Assembly (NCBI GenBank): GCA_035720425.1
Contig: DASTOB010000210.1
Location: forward strand, 2,638 to 66,637
Length of the DNA: 64,000 nt
Source: Candidatus Limnocylindrales bacterium
GTDB taxonomy: Bacteria > Chloroflexota > Limnocylindria > Limnocylindrales > CSP1-4
Direction: 5' to 3'
This document shows positions 49,391 to 62,605 of this stretch, one piece after another. A program made the position numbers and the translations under genes. Below the pieces are notes generated by a model that was not told the origin of the DNA, did not search any database, and saw nothing but the letters and a program-made list of their open reading frames with translations. Each line of letters starts with the position of its first letter. Position 1 is the stretch's first letter.

Positions 49391-50770
49391 ATGGACCGCT
49401 GGCAGACGATCATCGAGCCGTTCCGGATCCACTCGGTCGAACCGATCCGCCTGACGAGCGTCGATGAGCGTGACGCCGCGCTCGAGGCGGCTGGCTGGAA
49501 CCTGTTCAACCTTCACGCCGACGACGTGCTCATCGACCTCCTGACCGACTCCGGGACCGGCGCGATGTCGCGCGACCAGTGGGCCGGGATCCAGCACGGC
49601 GACGAGTCGTACGCGGGCTCGCCGTCCTGGTTCGTCTTCCGCGACGCCGTCACGAACCTGTTCCCGTTCCGCCACGTCATACCCACCCACCAGGGTCGGG
49701 CGGCCGAGAAGATCCTGTTCAGCGTCCTCGGTGGCCCCGGCAAGGTCATCCCGAACAACACCCACTTCGACACGACCCGGGCGAACGTCGAGTTCACCGG
49801 CGCCGAGGCCGTCGACCTCGTGATCGCCGAGGGTCGGATCCCGTCGGCGGAACACCCGTTCAAGGGCAACCTGGACGTCGATGCGCTCGAGCGCCTGCTG
49901 GAGGAGCGCGCCGGCGACGTCCCGGTCGTGTTCGTGACGATCACGAACAACTCCGGCGGCGGCCAGCCGGTCTCGCTCCGCAACCTCCGCGCCGTGCGCG
50001 CGGCCTGCGACCGCCACGGCGTCCCGCTCTTCCTCGACGCGTGCCGCTTCGCCGAGAACGCGTGGTACATCCACGAGCGCGAGGAGGGCCAGCGCGATCG
50101 GCCGATTCCCGACATCGTCCGTGAGATCGCCGGGCTCGCCGACGGGATGACGATGAGCGCCAAGAAGGACGGCCTCGCGAACATCGGCGGCTGGCTCGCC
50201 CTCGACGACGACGCGCTCGCCGAGCAGTGCCGCAACCTGCTCATCCTGACCGAGGGCTTTCCGACCTACGGCGGCCTCGCCGGGCGCGACCTCGAGGCGA
50301 TCGCGCAGGGCCTGCGCGAGGTGGTCGAGGAGGACTACCTGCGCTACCGGGTCCGCTCGACGGCGTACCTCGGCGAGGCGCTCGACCGGGCCGGCGTGCC
50401 GGTCGTCAAGCCGTTCGGCGGCCACGCCGTCTACCTTGACGCGCGGGCGCTCCTGCCGCACATCCCGCCGCTCGAGTACCCGGGTCAGGCCCTCGCGATC
50501 GCCCTCTACCGCGAGGGCGGCATCCGCGGCTGCGAGATCGGGACGGTCATGTTCGGCCGCCACCCGGATGGGTCGGAAACGCCGGCCGCGATGGACCTCG
50601 TCCGACTCGCCATCCCGCGCCGGACCTACACGCAGAGCCATGTCGACTACGTCATCGAAGTCGTCACCTGGGTGGCCAGCCGGGCGGCCGACCTGCGCGG
50701 GGTGCGGATCGTCGACGAGCCGCCCGCCCTCCGCCACTTCACCGCGCGCTTCGAGTCGATCACCGGATGA
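49391..50770 (+). CDS. tnaA: tryptophanase / tyrosine phenol-lyase family beta-eliminating lyase
   Basis: 459 aa with SAKKDGLANIGG (PLP Lys). N-terminal MDRWQTIIEPFRIHSVEPI. Confidence 0.85.
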   Translation: MDRWQTIIEPFRIHSVEPIRLTSVDERDAALEAAGWNLFNLHADDVLIDLLTDSGTGAMSRDQWAGIQHGDESYAGSPSWFVFRDAVTNLFPFRHVIPTHQGRAAEKILFSVLGGPGKVIPNNTHFDTTRANVEFTGAEAVDLVIAEGRIPSAEHPFKGNLDVDALERLLEERAGDVPVVFVTITNNSGGGQPVSLRNLRAVRAACDRHGVPLFLDACRFAENAWYIHEREEGQRDRPIPDIVREIAGLADGMTMSAKKDGLANIGGWLALDDDALAEQCRNLLILTEGFPTYGGLAGRDLEAIAQGLREVVEEDYLRYRVRSTAYLGEALDRAGVPVVKPFGGHAVYLDARALLPHIPPLEYPGQALAIALYREGGIRGCEIGTVMFGRHPDGSETPAAMDLVRLAIPRRTYTQSHVDYVIEVVTWVASRAADLRGVRIVDEPPALRHFTARFESITG

Positions 50771-51216
50771 CCGGCGACGACGCCCGGGCCGTTGTCGATC
50801 GGCTTGGGCTCGCGCCGCACCCGGAGGGCGGCTGGTTCGTCGAGACGTGGCGGGCGGCGGCCATACGCGAGGGAGAGCGCCCCGTCGCGAGCGCGATCCT
50901 CTACCTGCTCGCGGCGGGCGAGCGGTCGCACTGGCACCGCGTCGACGCTGCGGAGATCTGGCAGTGGTCGGCCGGCGCGGCGCTCGAGCTGCGAATCGCA
51001 CCAGCGGACGGCGGCGGTCCGATCGAGACGATCCGGCTCGGCGGCGAGGTCGCGGCCGGCGAGCGACCGCAGGCGGTGGTCCCGGCCGGGGCGTGGCAAT
51101 CGGCCGCGCCGCTCGGCGCGTGGAGCCTCGTCGGCTGCATCGTCGCGCCGGCCTTCGAGTACGCCGGCTTCGAGCTCGCCCCGGCGGGCTGGGAGCCGGC
51201 AACCGGCTCAGGCTGA
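50767..51216 (+). CDS. cupin domain protein
   Basis: The ATGA overlap with the tnaA stop indicates translational coupling. 149 aa with an HWH-type cupin motif (ERSHWHRV). Confidence 0.55.
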   Translation: MTGDDARAVVDRLGLAPHPEGGWFVETWRAAAIREGERPVASAILYLLAAGERSHWHRVDAAEIWQWSAGAALELRIAPADGGGPIETIRLGGEVAAGERPQAVVPAGAWQSAAPLGAWSLVGCIVAPAFEYAGFELAPAGWEPATGSG

Positions 51217-51221
51217 GCGGA

Positions 51222-51878
51222 TCAGCCCCACTTCCAGTAGATCGGGCCCGTCCAGCAGTGGCCGAGGGCGGTGCACGCCGCGCCCGACAGGTCCCACGTC
51301 CGGCCCGGCACGTACGGTCCGCGGTCGATGACCGGGACGACGATCTCCGCGCCGTTGTACGGGTTCCGGAACCGGACCATCGTGCCGCACGGCAGCGAGC
51401 GGTGGGCGACGCCCATGATCGTCGTCGTGTAGGCCAGGCCGCAGGCCGTTCGCTTGCCGTAGAAACCGGGGCCGTAGAAGCTGATCTCCCGGTCGTACCG
51501 CCACGCGTTGACGAAGACCACCCGCGCCTTCGACTCAGGCTGGTCGACCGCCGCCCGATCCGGCAGGGCCGGCACGTCGAGCGGCTCGACGAGCACGGCG
51601 GACGCGTCGATCCGACCGTCCGAACGGTACGCGGGGTCGAGCGGCGGGATCGTCACCACCGTCGCCCGGGACAGGGACGCCGCGTCGACCTCGCGGAAGA
51701 GCGTGGCGTCGACCGACTCAGCGATGCCCGGTACGCTGGAACCGACCGATCCGGGGACGGCGACCATGGCGAGGGCGGCGATGACCGCCGCTCCCGCGAC
51801 GACTCTCTGAGGTCGCACGTCTCGCCGGAATCTACCAGCGCGGCCGGGCGGCCGTGGCCCGATCCGGTCACGGAGCAT
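51222..51878 (-). CDS. RlpA-like (DPBB) septal lytic transglycosylase family protein
   Basis: C-terminal double-psi beta-barrel: GLAYTTTIMGVAHRSLPCGTMVRFRNP...VVPVIDRGPY. N-terminal TM. Confidence 0.7.
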   Translation of the reverse strand: MLRDRIGPRPPGRAGRFRRDVRPQRVVAGAAVIAALAMVAVPGSVGSSVPGIAESVDATLFREVDAASLSRATVVTIPPLDPAYRSDGRIDASAVLVEPLDVPALPDRAAVDQPESKARVVFVNAWRYDREISFYGPGFYGKRTACGLAYTTTIMGVAHRSLPCGTMVRFRNPYNGAEIVVPVIDRGPYVPGRTWDLSGAACTALGHCWTGPIYWKWG

Positions 51879-51907
51879 GACATCGGCGTGACAGACTGAC
51901 CCGACCG

Positions 51908-52804
51908 ATGCCGAGCCGCACGATTCCGCTCGCCGTCCCGCTCGACCTGCGCCTGACGCTCGGCCTGCACACGCGCGGACCGGGCGATCCCGCGATGCGC
52001 GTCGGCCGCACGACCGCGGTCCGGGCCACGCGGACGCCCGATGGGCCGGCCGCGATCGGCCTCGAGCTCGTCGCGGGTGCCGTTCGGGCCGAGGCATACG
52101 GGCCGGGCGCGGAGCGCGTCCTCGCCGGGCTGCCGGCCCTGCTCGGTCTCGACGACGACCCGTCGGTCCTCGTGCCCGCCAACCCGCTCGTCGCGGAGCT
52201 CGCACGGCGGCTGCGCGGCCTGCGGATCGGTCGGACCGGCGCGGTCATGGAGGCGCTCGTGCCGGCGATCCTCGAGCAGAAGGTCACCGGGCAGGAGGCG
52301 TCACGCGCCTACCGCGGCCTCGTCCGCCGCTTCGGCGAACCGGCACCGGGCCCGTTCGGCCTCCGTCTGCTGCCGGCCCCGGAGACGCTCGCGACGCTCC
52401 CGTACCACGCGTTCCATCCGCTCGGCGTGGAGCAGCGTCGGGCGGACGTCATCCGTCGAGCGGCGCGGGTGGCCGCGCGGCTCGAGGAGGCCGTCGGGAT
52501 GGACGCGGATGCGGCGGAGGCGCGGCTTCGGTCGGTGAACGGGGTCGGCGCGTGGACGGCCGCCGAGGTGCGCGCCCGGGCACTCGGCGACCCGGATACC
52601 GTGAGCGTCGGCGACTTCCACCTCAAGCATCTCGTCGCCTGGACCCTGGCCGGTGAGCCGCGCGGCACGGACGAGCGGATGCTCGAGCTGCTCGAGCCCT
52701 ACCGGGGCCAGCGCGGCCGCGTGATCCGCCTCCTGGAGGCGAGCGGGCTCGCCGCCCCGCGCTTCGGCCCCCGCCTGTCGGCCCGCTCGATCGCCGGGAT
52801 CTGA
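51908..52804 (+). CDS. alkA: DNA-3-methyladenine glycosylase II family (AlkA/HhH-GPD)
   Basis: HhH-GPD region: LRSVNGVGAWTAAEV with a catalytic Asp downstream. Confidence 0.7.
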   Translation: MPSRTIPLAVPLDLRLTLGLHTRGPGDPAMRVGRTTAVRATRTPDGPAAIGLELVAGAVRAEAYGPGAERVLAGLPALLGLDDDPSVLVPANPLVAELARRLRGLRIGRTGAVMEALVPAILEQKVTGQEASRAYRGLVRRFGEPAPGPFGLRLLPAPETLATLPYHAFHPLGVEQRRADVIRRAARVAARLEEAVGMDADAAEARLRSVNGVGAWTAAEVRARALGDPDTVSVGDFHLKHLVAWTLAGEPRGTDERMLELLEPYRGQRGRVIRLLEASGLAAPRFGPRLSARSIAGI

Positions 52805-52882
52805 GCGGGCCCCGGCACCGGGTCAATTCGGCGGTCTGAACCGGACCTCGGGGTACACTCGCGCCCTCGCCGGACACGACCG

Positions 52883-56616
<3,734 letters not shown>

Positions 56617-56620
<4 letters not shown>

Positions 56621-57996
56621 GCACCCCCACGCCGCCGTCCCGCCCGGTCCGGCTCGACGTCGTCGTCCTCCTGCCCAGGTCGAGCACGGGGACGTCCGTC
56701 CTGGCGCGAACCGCGGACGGGCTCCGGCTGCCGACCGTCACGGCCGAGGCGTCGGACGAGGAGCCGAGCCTGTCGGCGCTGGCCGACGCGGTCGCCGGGC
56801 TGCTCGGGAGCGAGCCGGTTCCCCTCCGCATCGTCCCGCTTGATGCTGTCGGGGCGGGCCGCAGCACGACGTACCTGCTCGAGCTCGCGCCGATCGAGGG
56901 ACTCGTGCCTCCGGCCGGGTTCGACTGGATCGAGGCTGGTACCGTCGAACCGGCCATCGATCCGGAGCCGGCCGGGGCCACGGTCAGGCGCTGGGTGGAC
57001 GAGCGCCGAAACGGGCCCAGCCCGCGACGTCCGGCGTGGTCGCATCCCGGCTGGCTCGAGCGCGCCGGCGCCTGGATGACGAACCGGATGGCACGAGCCG
57101 GACTCACGGCGTCCGGGACGCCCCGCCTGCACTACCTGTGGGGCCTGTCGGCCGTCGTCCGGGCCGACACGGATCGCGGCGCGGCGTTCCTCAAGGCCTG
57201 CGCCACCGTCTTTCGGACCGAACCGCGGCTCACGGCGACCCTGGCCGGCGCGTCGCCGGACCTCCTGCCGGAGGTCATCGCGACGAGCGACGAGGACTGC
57301 TGGCTGCTCATGGGCGACCTCGGCGGCACGCTCCTCGGCAACGAGCCGGTCGATCGGTGGGCCGACGGGCTCGATGCCCTCGCGACGATCCAGCGGCGCT
57401 GGGTCGGCCGTGACGGCGAGCTGGCGGCCGCCGGTTTCGAGGATCGCGGCCTCGAGGCCCTCGCCCGCCGCCTGCCGGCCCTGATCGACGATCCGGCCGT
57501 CGGGAGTCTCGACGCGGACGCCCGGCGGAGCCTGGCGACAGCCCTGCCGCGCCTGATCGACGCGTGTCATGCACTCGCCGAGCTCGGCCCTCCGGCGACC
57601 GTCGTGCACGGCGACTTCCACCCGTGGAACGTCGCCCGACGGGACGGGCAGATGGTCGTGTTCGACTGGTCCGACGCGGCGATCGGGCATCCGTTCCTCG
57701 ACCTCGTGACGTGGGTCGGTCGCACGCCGGACGTCGCGGCCCGGCGGCGGATGGTCGACCGCTACGTCGCCCACTGGTCGGACTTCGTGCCGGCGAGCCG
57801 GGCGGACGAGGCGGTGCGGCTCGCCCTGCCCCTCGGGGCGATCCGCCAGGTCGAGAGCTATCGACGCATCCTCGACTCGCTCGACCCGGACGACCACTGG
57901 GACCTCGCCCTCGCCGGCGCGAGCTACGCGCGGCGCACGCTGGCGCTCCTCCGGGACGGGCTCGAGGCGCCGCTCGGGCGCGACGGCGGCGCGTGA
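56617..57996 (+). CDS. phosphotransferase (APH / choline-kinase-like) family protein
   Basis: The GTG overlaps the metH stop (GTGA). Brenner motif HGDFHPWNV plus DWSDA. Confidence 0.7.
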
Positions 57997-58051
57997 TCCG
58001 TCACCCAATCCACCGGCGGCACGACGTCGTATCCATGACGGATGACAGGCG

Positions 58052-58831
58052 TTGAATCCGGGTCGTAGATTCCTGCTCGTGACGCACCGTCGACGCGGAC
58101 GCCTGGGGCGCCTCGCGATCGCTCTCCTCCTGGCGGCCCAGGCGATCGTCGTCGCGGGACCCGTTCCGGCCGGCGCGGCGACGGCCTTTCGACTCGACGT
58201 GTCGACGCCGACCGACTTCGTGGCCCAGACGAACTTCGTCCAGTGCGTCGGGGCGAGCATGCAGATGATGCTCAACATGATCGAGGCGGAGGACGACCGC
58301 ACGGCGGCCGAACAGCTCCGGCTCCAGGACATCGCGCGCTACTACAGCGGCTCGCGGCCGGACGGCCGGCAGCGCCAGGGAGCAAGCGTCCGTGGCTGGT
58401 CGGCCGGGCTCAACCTCGAGGGAGCCGGACCGTATCGGCTGGTCGGCACGACGACGATCGAGGAGGCGATGCGGGTCGCGGCCACGGCGATCAGCCAGAC
58501 CGGCAAGCCGGTGGGCCTGCTCGTCTGGCGCGGACGGCACGCCTGGGTCATGAGCGGGTTCACGGCGACCGCGGATCCCTCGACGACGGCGGACTTCACC
58601 GTCACCGAGGCGATCGTCCTCGACCCGCTCTACCCGCACGGCTCGAAGACATGGGGACCCAGCCCCAAACCGCGCGAGGCGCTATCGATCAGCGAACTCG
58701 GGCGCCAGTTCGTGCAGCGCCGCACGGGCCAGAGCGCTCGGAGCTGGCTTTCCTCATTCGCCGGTCAGTACGTGATGGTCGTCCCGATGCGAGCGATGCT
58801 CGATCGGCACGTGGGGCTGCTCCCGGCCTGA
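58052..58831 (+). CDS. secreted papain-fold Peptidase_C39_2-like protein (paralog of 48228..49370)
   Basis: Signal peptide LAIALLLAAQAIVVAGPVPAGAA. QCVGASMQMMLNMI and GKPVGLLVWRGRHAWVMSGF align to the same motifs in the paralog. Confidence 0.6.
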   Translation: MNPGRRFLLVTHRRRGRLGRLAIALLLAAQAIVVAGPVPAGAATAFRLDVSTPTDFVAQTNFVQCVGASMQMMLNMIEAEDDRTAAEQLRLQDIARYYSGSRPDGRQRQGASVRGWSAGLNLEGAGPYRLVGTTTIEEAMRVAATAISQTGKPVGLLVWRGRHAWVMSGFTATADPSTTADFTVTEAIVLDPLYPHGSKTWGPSPKPREALSISELGRQFVQRRTGQSARSWLSSFAGQYVMVVPMRAMLDRHVGLLPA

Positions 58832-58844
58832 TCGATCGCCTCGG

Positions 58845-60374
58845 TCACTGCGCCGACGCGCCTCCCGCGAGCGCCGCGGCGACGCCGGCGACGGCGGCGT
58901 CCGACAGGGCGCCGACGCTGCCGAGCGCGACGAGCCGGGCGGGCGCCAGGCGGGCGGCCTCCATTGCAGCCTCCGGTGGCAATGGGCCGGTTGGCGGGAC
59001 GAGCAGGAGCGGACCACCGCGCGGGCCGGCCGACAGGGCATCCGGGAAGTTCAGGCCGGTGGCGAGGTCGACGAACGGCGCGCCGGCCTCGTACAGCGCC
59101 GCGGATACGGCCGCCGCGGTCGCGTAGCGCGTGGCGCCGGCGAGCCGATCGACGTCGGCGGAATAGGCGCGGAGTGCCTCGAGCGTCGCGTCGGACACGA
59201 CGCTCGGGCCGCCGAGGACGCGGATGCGCGCCGGCTGGAGCCTGGTCAGTTCGGTGGCGACCGCCTCCGGCACGCCGTCGCCGGGCACGAGGAGCACGGG
59301 GCCGCCGAGTCGCGCCCCGGCGGCCGCGCCGACGAGCGCGTCCGGGAAGTTCATGCCGGTCGCCACGAAGGCGATCGGCACGCCCGGCGCGAACGTTGCC
59401 GCAGAGGCTGCCGCCGCCGTCTCGTAGCGCGTCGCACCGGCGATCCGGGTCACGGTCGGGGCATACGCCGCGAGCGCGGTGAGCACGTCGTCACCGACGA
59501 CGGACGGTCCGCCGAGCACGACGATGGATGCGGGCTGGAGGCGGACGAGCTCCGCCGCGACCGACTCGCTCAGCCCGGTCGCGCCGACGAGCAGGACCGG
59601 CCCTCCGAGCCGCGCGGCCGCCGGGCCGGCGGCGAGGGCATCGGGAAAGTCGAGCCCGGTCGCGACGAAGACGACCGGCACGCCGGTCCCGAACGTCGCA
59701 GCGGAGACGGCCGCGCCGGTTGCGAAGCGGTCCGGTCCGGCGAGGCGCTCGCCGCTGGCGATGACGAGTCCGGGGTCGAGGTAGATGCGCAGGATGTCCG
59801 CCATCGGCATCCCCGCCAGGGCGCAGGCCCGGACGCCGCGCTGGGCGAGCCGGGTGCGGATCGAGGACAGGTCCGCGCCGCACGTGTCGGCCGTACCCGG
59901 GCCGTATCCGGACAGGAAGAACGTTCCGCTCTTGCGGAGCGTGAGCGGCCACGTGGCGGTGACCGCGGCGAGGTGGTTCGCGTGCGGCGTCCGGGCGGGG
60001 TCGTACTTCTGGTCGTTCGTGTCGTCGCGCACGTGGTAGCACGCACCCGTCGGGGTGACGTAGGCGGTGCGCGGGCGCATGAGGTAGTACCAGGCGTACT
60101 GCTTGACCGCGATCGCCCCCGCCTTCAGCGCCTCCGCCGGATAGGTCGACGGCCACTCCCAGGCGAGGACGTTCTCGACGTAGGCGCGGAACGGGACCGT
60201 GTCGACCGTGCCGCTGGCAACCCGCAGGACGCGGATCTCGGGCGGGACGCTGAACGACGTCGGCCACGCCGGGCAGGGGCCGCCGGGCGCGGCGACGACC
60301 GGGTGGGCGGATCCGGCGCCCGCGGCGGCGACGAGGAGCGCGGCGAGCAGGACGAGGACGGCACGGCGAGGCAT
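58845..60374 (-). CDS. secreted SpoIID/LytB-domain protein with three cell-wall-binding (CWB2) repeats
   Basis: Signal peptide. N-terminal SpoIID-like region (VENVLAWEWP...AVKQYAWYY). 3 repeats of ...GAT(R/D)(Y/F)(E/A)T(A/G)AA...G(V/A)P(V/I)(V/A)FVATG(L/M)(D/N)FPDAL... Confidence 0.65.
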   Translation of the reverse strand: MPRRAVLVLLAALLVAAAGAGSAHPVVAAPGGPCPAWPTSFSVPPEIRVLRVASGTVDTVPFRAYVENVLAWEWPSTYPAEALKAGAIAVKQYAWYYLMRPRTAYVTPTGACYHVRDDTNDQKYDPARTPHANHLAAVTATWPLTLRKSGTFFLSGYGPGTADTCGADLSSIRTRLAQRGVRACALAGMPMADILRIYLDPGLVIASGERLAGPDRFATGAAVSAATFGTGVPVVFVATGLDFPDALAAGPAAARLGGPVLLVGATGLSESVAAELVRLQPASIVVLGGPSVVGDDVLTALAAYAPTVTRIAGATRYETAAAASAATFAPGVPIAFVATGMNFPDALVGAAAGARLGGPVLLVPGDGVPEAVATELTRLQPARIRVLGGPSVVSDATLEALRAYSADVDRLAGATRYATAAAVSAALYEAGAPFVDLATGLNFPDALSAGPRGGPLLLVPPTGPLPPEAAMEAARLAPARLVALGSVGALSDAAVAGVAAALAGGASAQ

Positions 60375-60511
60375 TGCCGCCCGACGCTACGGATCGCGGA
60401 CCCTCCCGCATAACCCCCCAACCGTCCCATCCCGACCGGACCCGATCGGGCCGGGTCGAAGAGCCGGGCGCGGGACCGGGCATCCGGCCCCTGGGCACCC
60501 CGCCCGGTCGC

Positions 60512-61450
60512 TCAGGGCAGAAGCTGGCGCAGGGCGAACAGGACGTTGGCCGGCCGCTCCGCGAGGCGGCGCATGTACCACGGGTACCAGTGCGTCCCGT
60601 ACGAGATGAGGGCGACGACGCGGTACCCCTCGCGGACGAGGCGGTGCTGCTCGCGCACGCGGATCCCGTACAGCATCTCGACCTCGAACGACTCGCGCGT
60701 CAGTCCGAGCGCGGTGGCGTGTTCCGCGACCTGCGCGACGAGCGTCGTGTCGTGCGTCCCGAGCCCCAGCCTCACCGGCCGCTCCGGATGATCGCGGCCG
60801 GCCCGCAGGAGCGTGACGGCAAGGGCGAGGAAGCTCGCGTCGATCTCCGTCCGCCGCTTGAACGCGATCGCAGCCGGCTCGTCATACGCCCCCTTCACGA
60901 GTCGCACGGCCGGCCCGAGCGGGAGCAGGCGCTCGACATCCGCGGCCGTCCGGCGCAGGTACGCCTGGAGGCAGATGCCCGTCTGCGGCTGCGTCTCGCG
61001 CAGCCGCTCGTAGAGCCGGATCGTCGGCTCGACGTACGGACTCCCCTCCATGTCGATCCACAGGTACGAGCCGAGCTCGGCCGCCCGGCCAGATAGCCGC
61101 TCGAGCCGGCGGAGCGTCGCGTCGGGATCGAGATCGAGGCCCAGCTGGGTCGGCTTGACCGACACCTCGCCGCGGATCCCCGCGCCGACGATCCGCTCGA
61201 GCAGCTCGAGGTAGTGCGCCTCCACGGCGTCGGCCTCGGCCGATTCGGTGATGTTCTCGCCGAGGTGCGTGTAGATGGTCGGGATGCCGGCCGCCTCGAG
61301 CGGCCCGGCCGCGGCCAGCGCCGCGTCGATGTCCTCGCCGGGCATGAACCGGCGAACGGCACGGCGCATGAAGCGCAGGCGCGGCAGCCGCTCGCGCAGC
61401 CACGCGTTCCGCGCGAGCCACAGGAGGATGCGCCGCAGCAGGCTGGTCAT
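60512..61450 (-). CDS. proline dehydrogenase
   Basis: 312 aa with the PutA-like PRODH TIM-barrel motif AVRLVKGAY. Confidence 0.8.
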   Translation of the reverse strand: MTSLLRRILLWLARNAWLRERLPRLRFMRRAVRRFMPGEDIDAALAAAGPLEAAGIPTIYTHLGENITESAEADAVEAHYLELLERIVGAGIRGEVSVKPTQLGLDLDPDATLRRLERLSGRAAELGSYLWIDMEGSPYVEPTIRLYERLRETQPQTGICLQAYLRRTAADVERLLPLGPAVRLVKGAYDEPAAIAFKRRTEIDASFLALAVTLLRAGRDHPERPVRLGLGTHDTTLVAQVAEHATALGLTRESFEVEMLYGIRVREQHRLVREGYRVVALISYGTHWYPWYMRRLAERPANVLFALRQLLP

Positions 61451-61463
61451 CGAAGAGCCTCCG

Positions 61464-62231
61464 TCACGGAAGAGCCTTGATCATGCCGCCGTCGATCGGG
61501 ACGATCGCACCGTTCACGTAGCTCGCGGCCGGAGAGAGGAGGAACGCCCCGAGGCGGCCGACCTCCGCCGGTTCGCCGTACCGCCCGAGCGGGATGCGCT
61601 CGATCGTCTGTCGCCGGATCTCCTCGACCGGCAGGCCCGTCGCCGCCGAGCGCCCGGCGTCGATCTCGGCGATCCGGGCGGTCGCGACCCGGCCCGGCGC
61701 GATGCCGTTGATCCTGACCGGCGCGATCTCCGCGACGAGGGACTTGATGAGCCCGGCCAGGCCGGGCCGCATGAGGTTCGACGTCGTCAGGCCCGGGATC
61801 GGCTCCCGGGCACTCGACGACAGGATGACGAGGATCGCCGGCCGATCGGACGCGCGCAGGTGGGGCAGGGCCGCGCGGAGCAGGCGGAGCGCGCTCCGGA
61901 GCGTGCCGTCGAACGCCCGCTCCCAGTCGTCCTCGGTGAGGTCCTCGAATCGACCGCCGGGCGGGCCGCCGCTGTTGACGAGCAGCAGATCGAGCCCCCC
62001 GAACGCGTCGGCTGCCGCGGTGACCGCCATGGCCGGCCCGTCCGCCGTGGCGAGGTCGACCGGGACCGCGAGGCCGCCGATCCGCGTCGCGCGCTCCGCG
62101 AGCCGGTCCGCGGAGCGCGCCGCGACGGCCACCCGAGCGCCCTCCGCCGCGAGCGCGTCGGCGATCGCACCGCCGAGACCGCCGGATGCCCCGCCGACGA
62201 GCGCCCGAGCGCCGCCGAGCCCCAGATCCAT
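61464..62231 (-). CDS. SDR family oxidoreductase
   Basis: N-terminal GGASGGLG Rossmann motif and a YxxxK region. Confidence 0.85.
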   Translation of the reverse strand: MDLGLGGARALVGGASGGLGGAIADALAAEGARVAVAARSADRLAERATRIGGLAVPVDLATADGPAMAVTAAADAFGGLDLLLVNSGGPPGGRFEDLTEDDWERAFDGTLRSALRLLRAALPHLRASDRPAILVILSSSAREPIPGLTTSNLMRPGLAGLIKSLVAEIAPVRINGIAPGRVATARIAEIDAGRSAATGLPVEEIRRQTIERIPLGRYGEPAEVGRLGAFLLSPAASYVNGAIVPIDGGMIKALP

Positions 62232-62332
62232 GCCGTCCTCCGGTCGCCGCGGGCGCGGATCGGCCGCGTCCGTCCGCTCGGCCGATGGTACGGAACCGGC
62301 GACCGGAGCGTCAGGGCCGTTCGGCCCGCGCG

Positions 62333-62605
62333 TCAGCCGCCGGCCATCGCCGGCAGGAGGAGGACCGTGTCGGCCGGACCGACCGGCGTCGCGAGCTCGT
62401 CGAGGTGGCGCACGTCCGTGCCGTTGACGAACACGTTGACGAACCGGTTCAGCGACCCGTCGGCGCCGAGGACGGACGCCTCGATGCCCGGGTGCGCGGC
62501 GACGAGCGCCGTGAGCACCTCGCCAACCGTCGCGCCGGCCACGTCGACCGTCTTGGCGCCGTTCGTCGCCGGCCGGAGGGTCGGCGGAATGCGCACCGTG
62601 CTCAT
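62333..62605 (-). CDS. MoaD/ThiS-family sulfur-carrier-like protein (CysO-like)
   Basis: 90 aa ending in a -GG C-terminus (LLLPAMAGG*). The ATG overlaps the thrC stop. Confidence 0.6.
   Translation of the reverse strand: MSTVRIPPTLRPATNGAKTVDVAGATVGEVLTALVAAHPGIEASVLGADGSLNRFVNVFVNGTDVRHLDELATPVGPADTVLLLPAMAGG

Noticed and set aside
52805-52882. Cobalamin riboswitch upstream of metH
   Set aside because: Only 78 nt separate alkA and metH. That is too short for a B12 element, and no B12-box-like sequence was seen.
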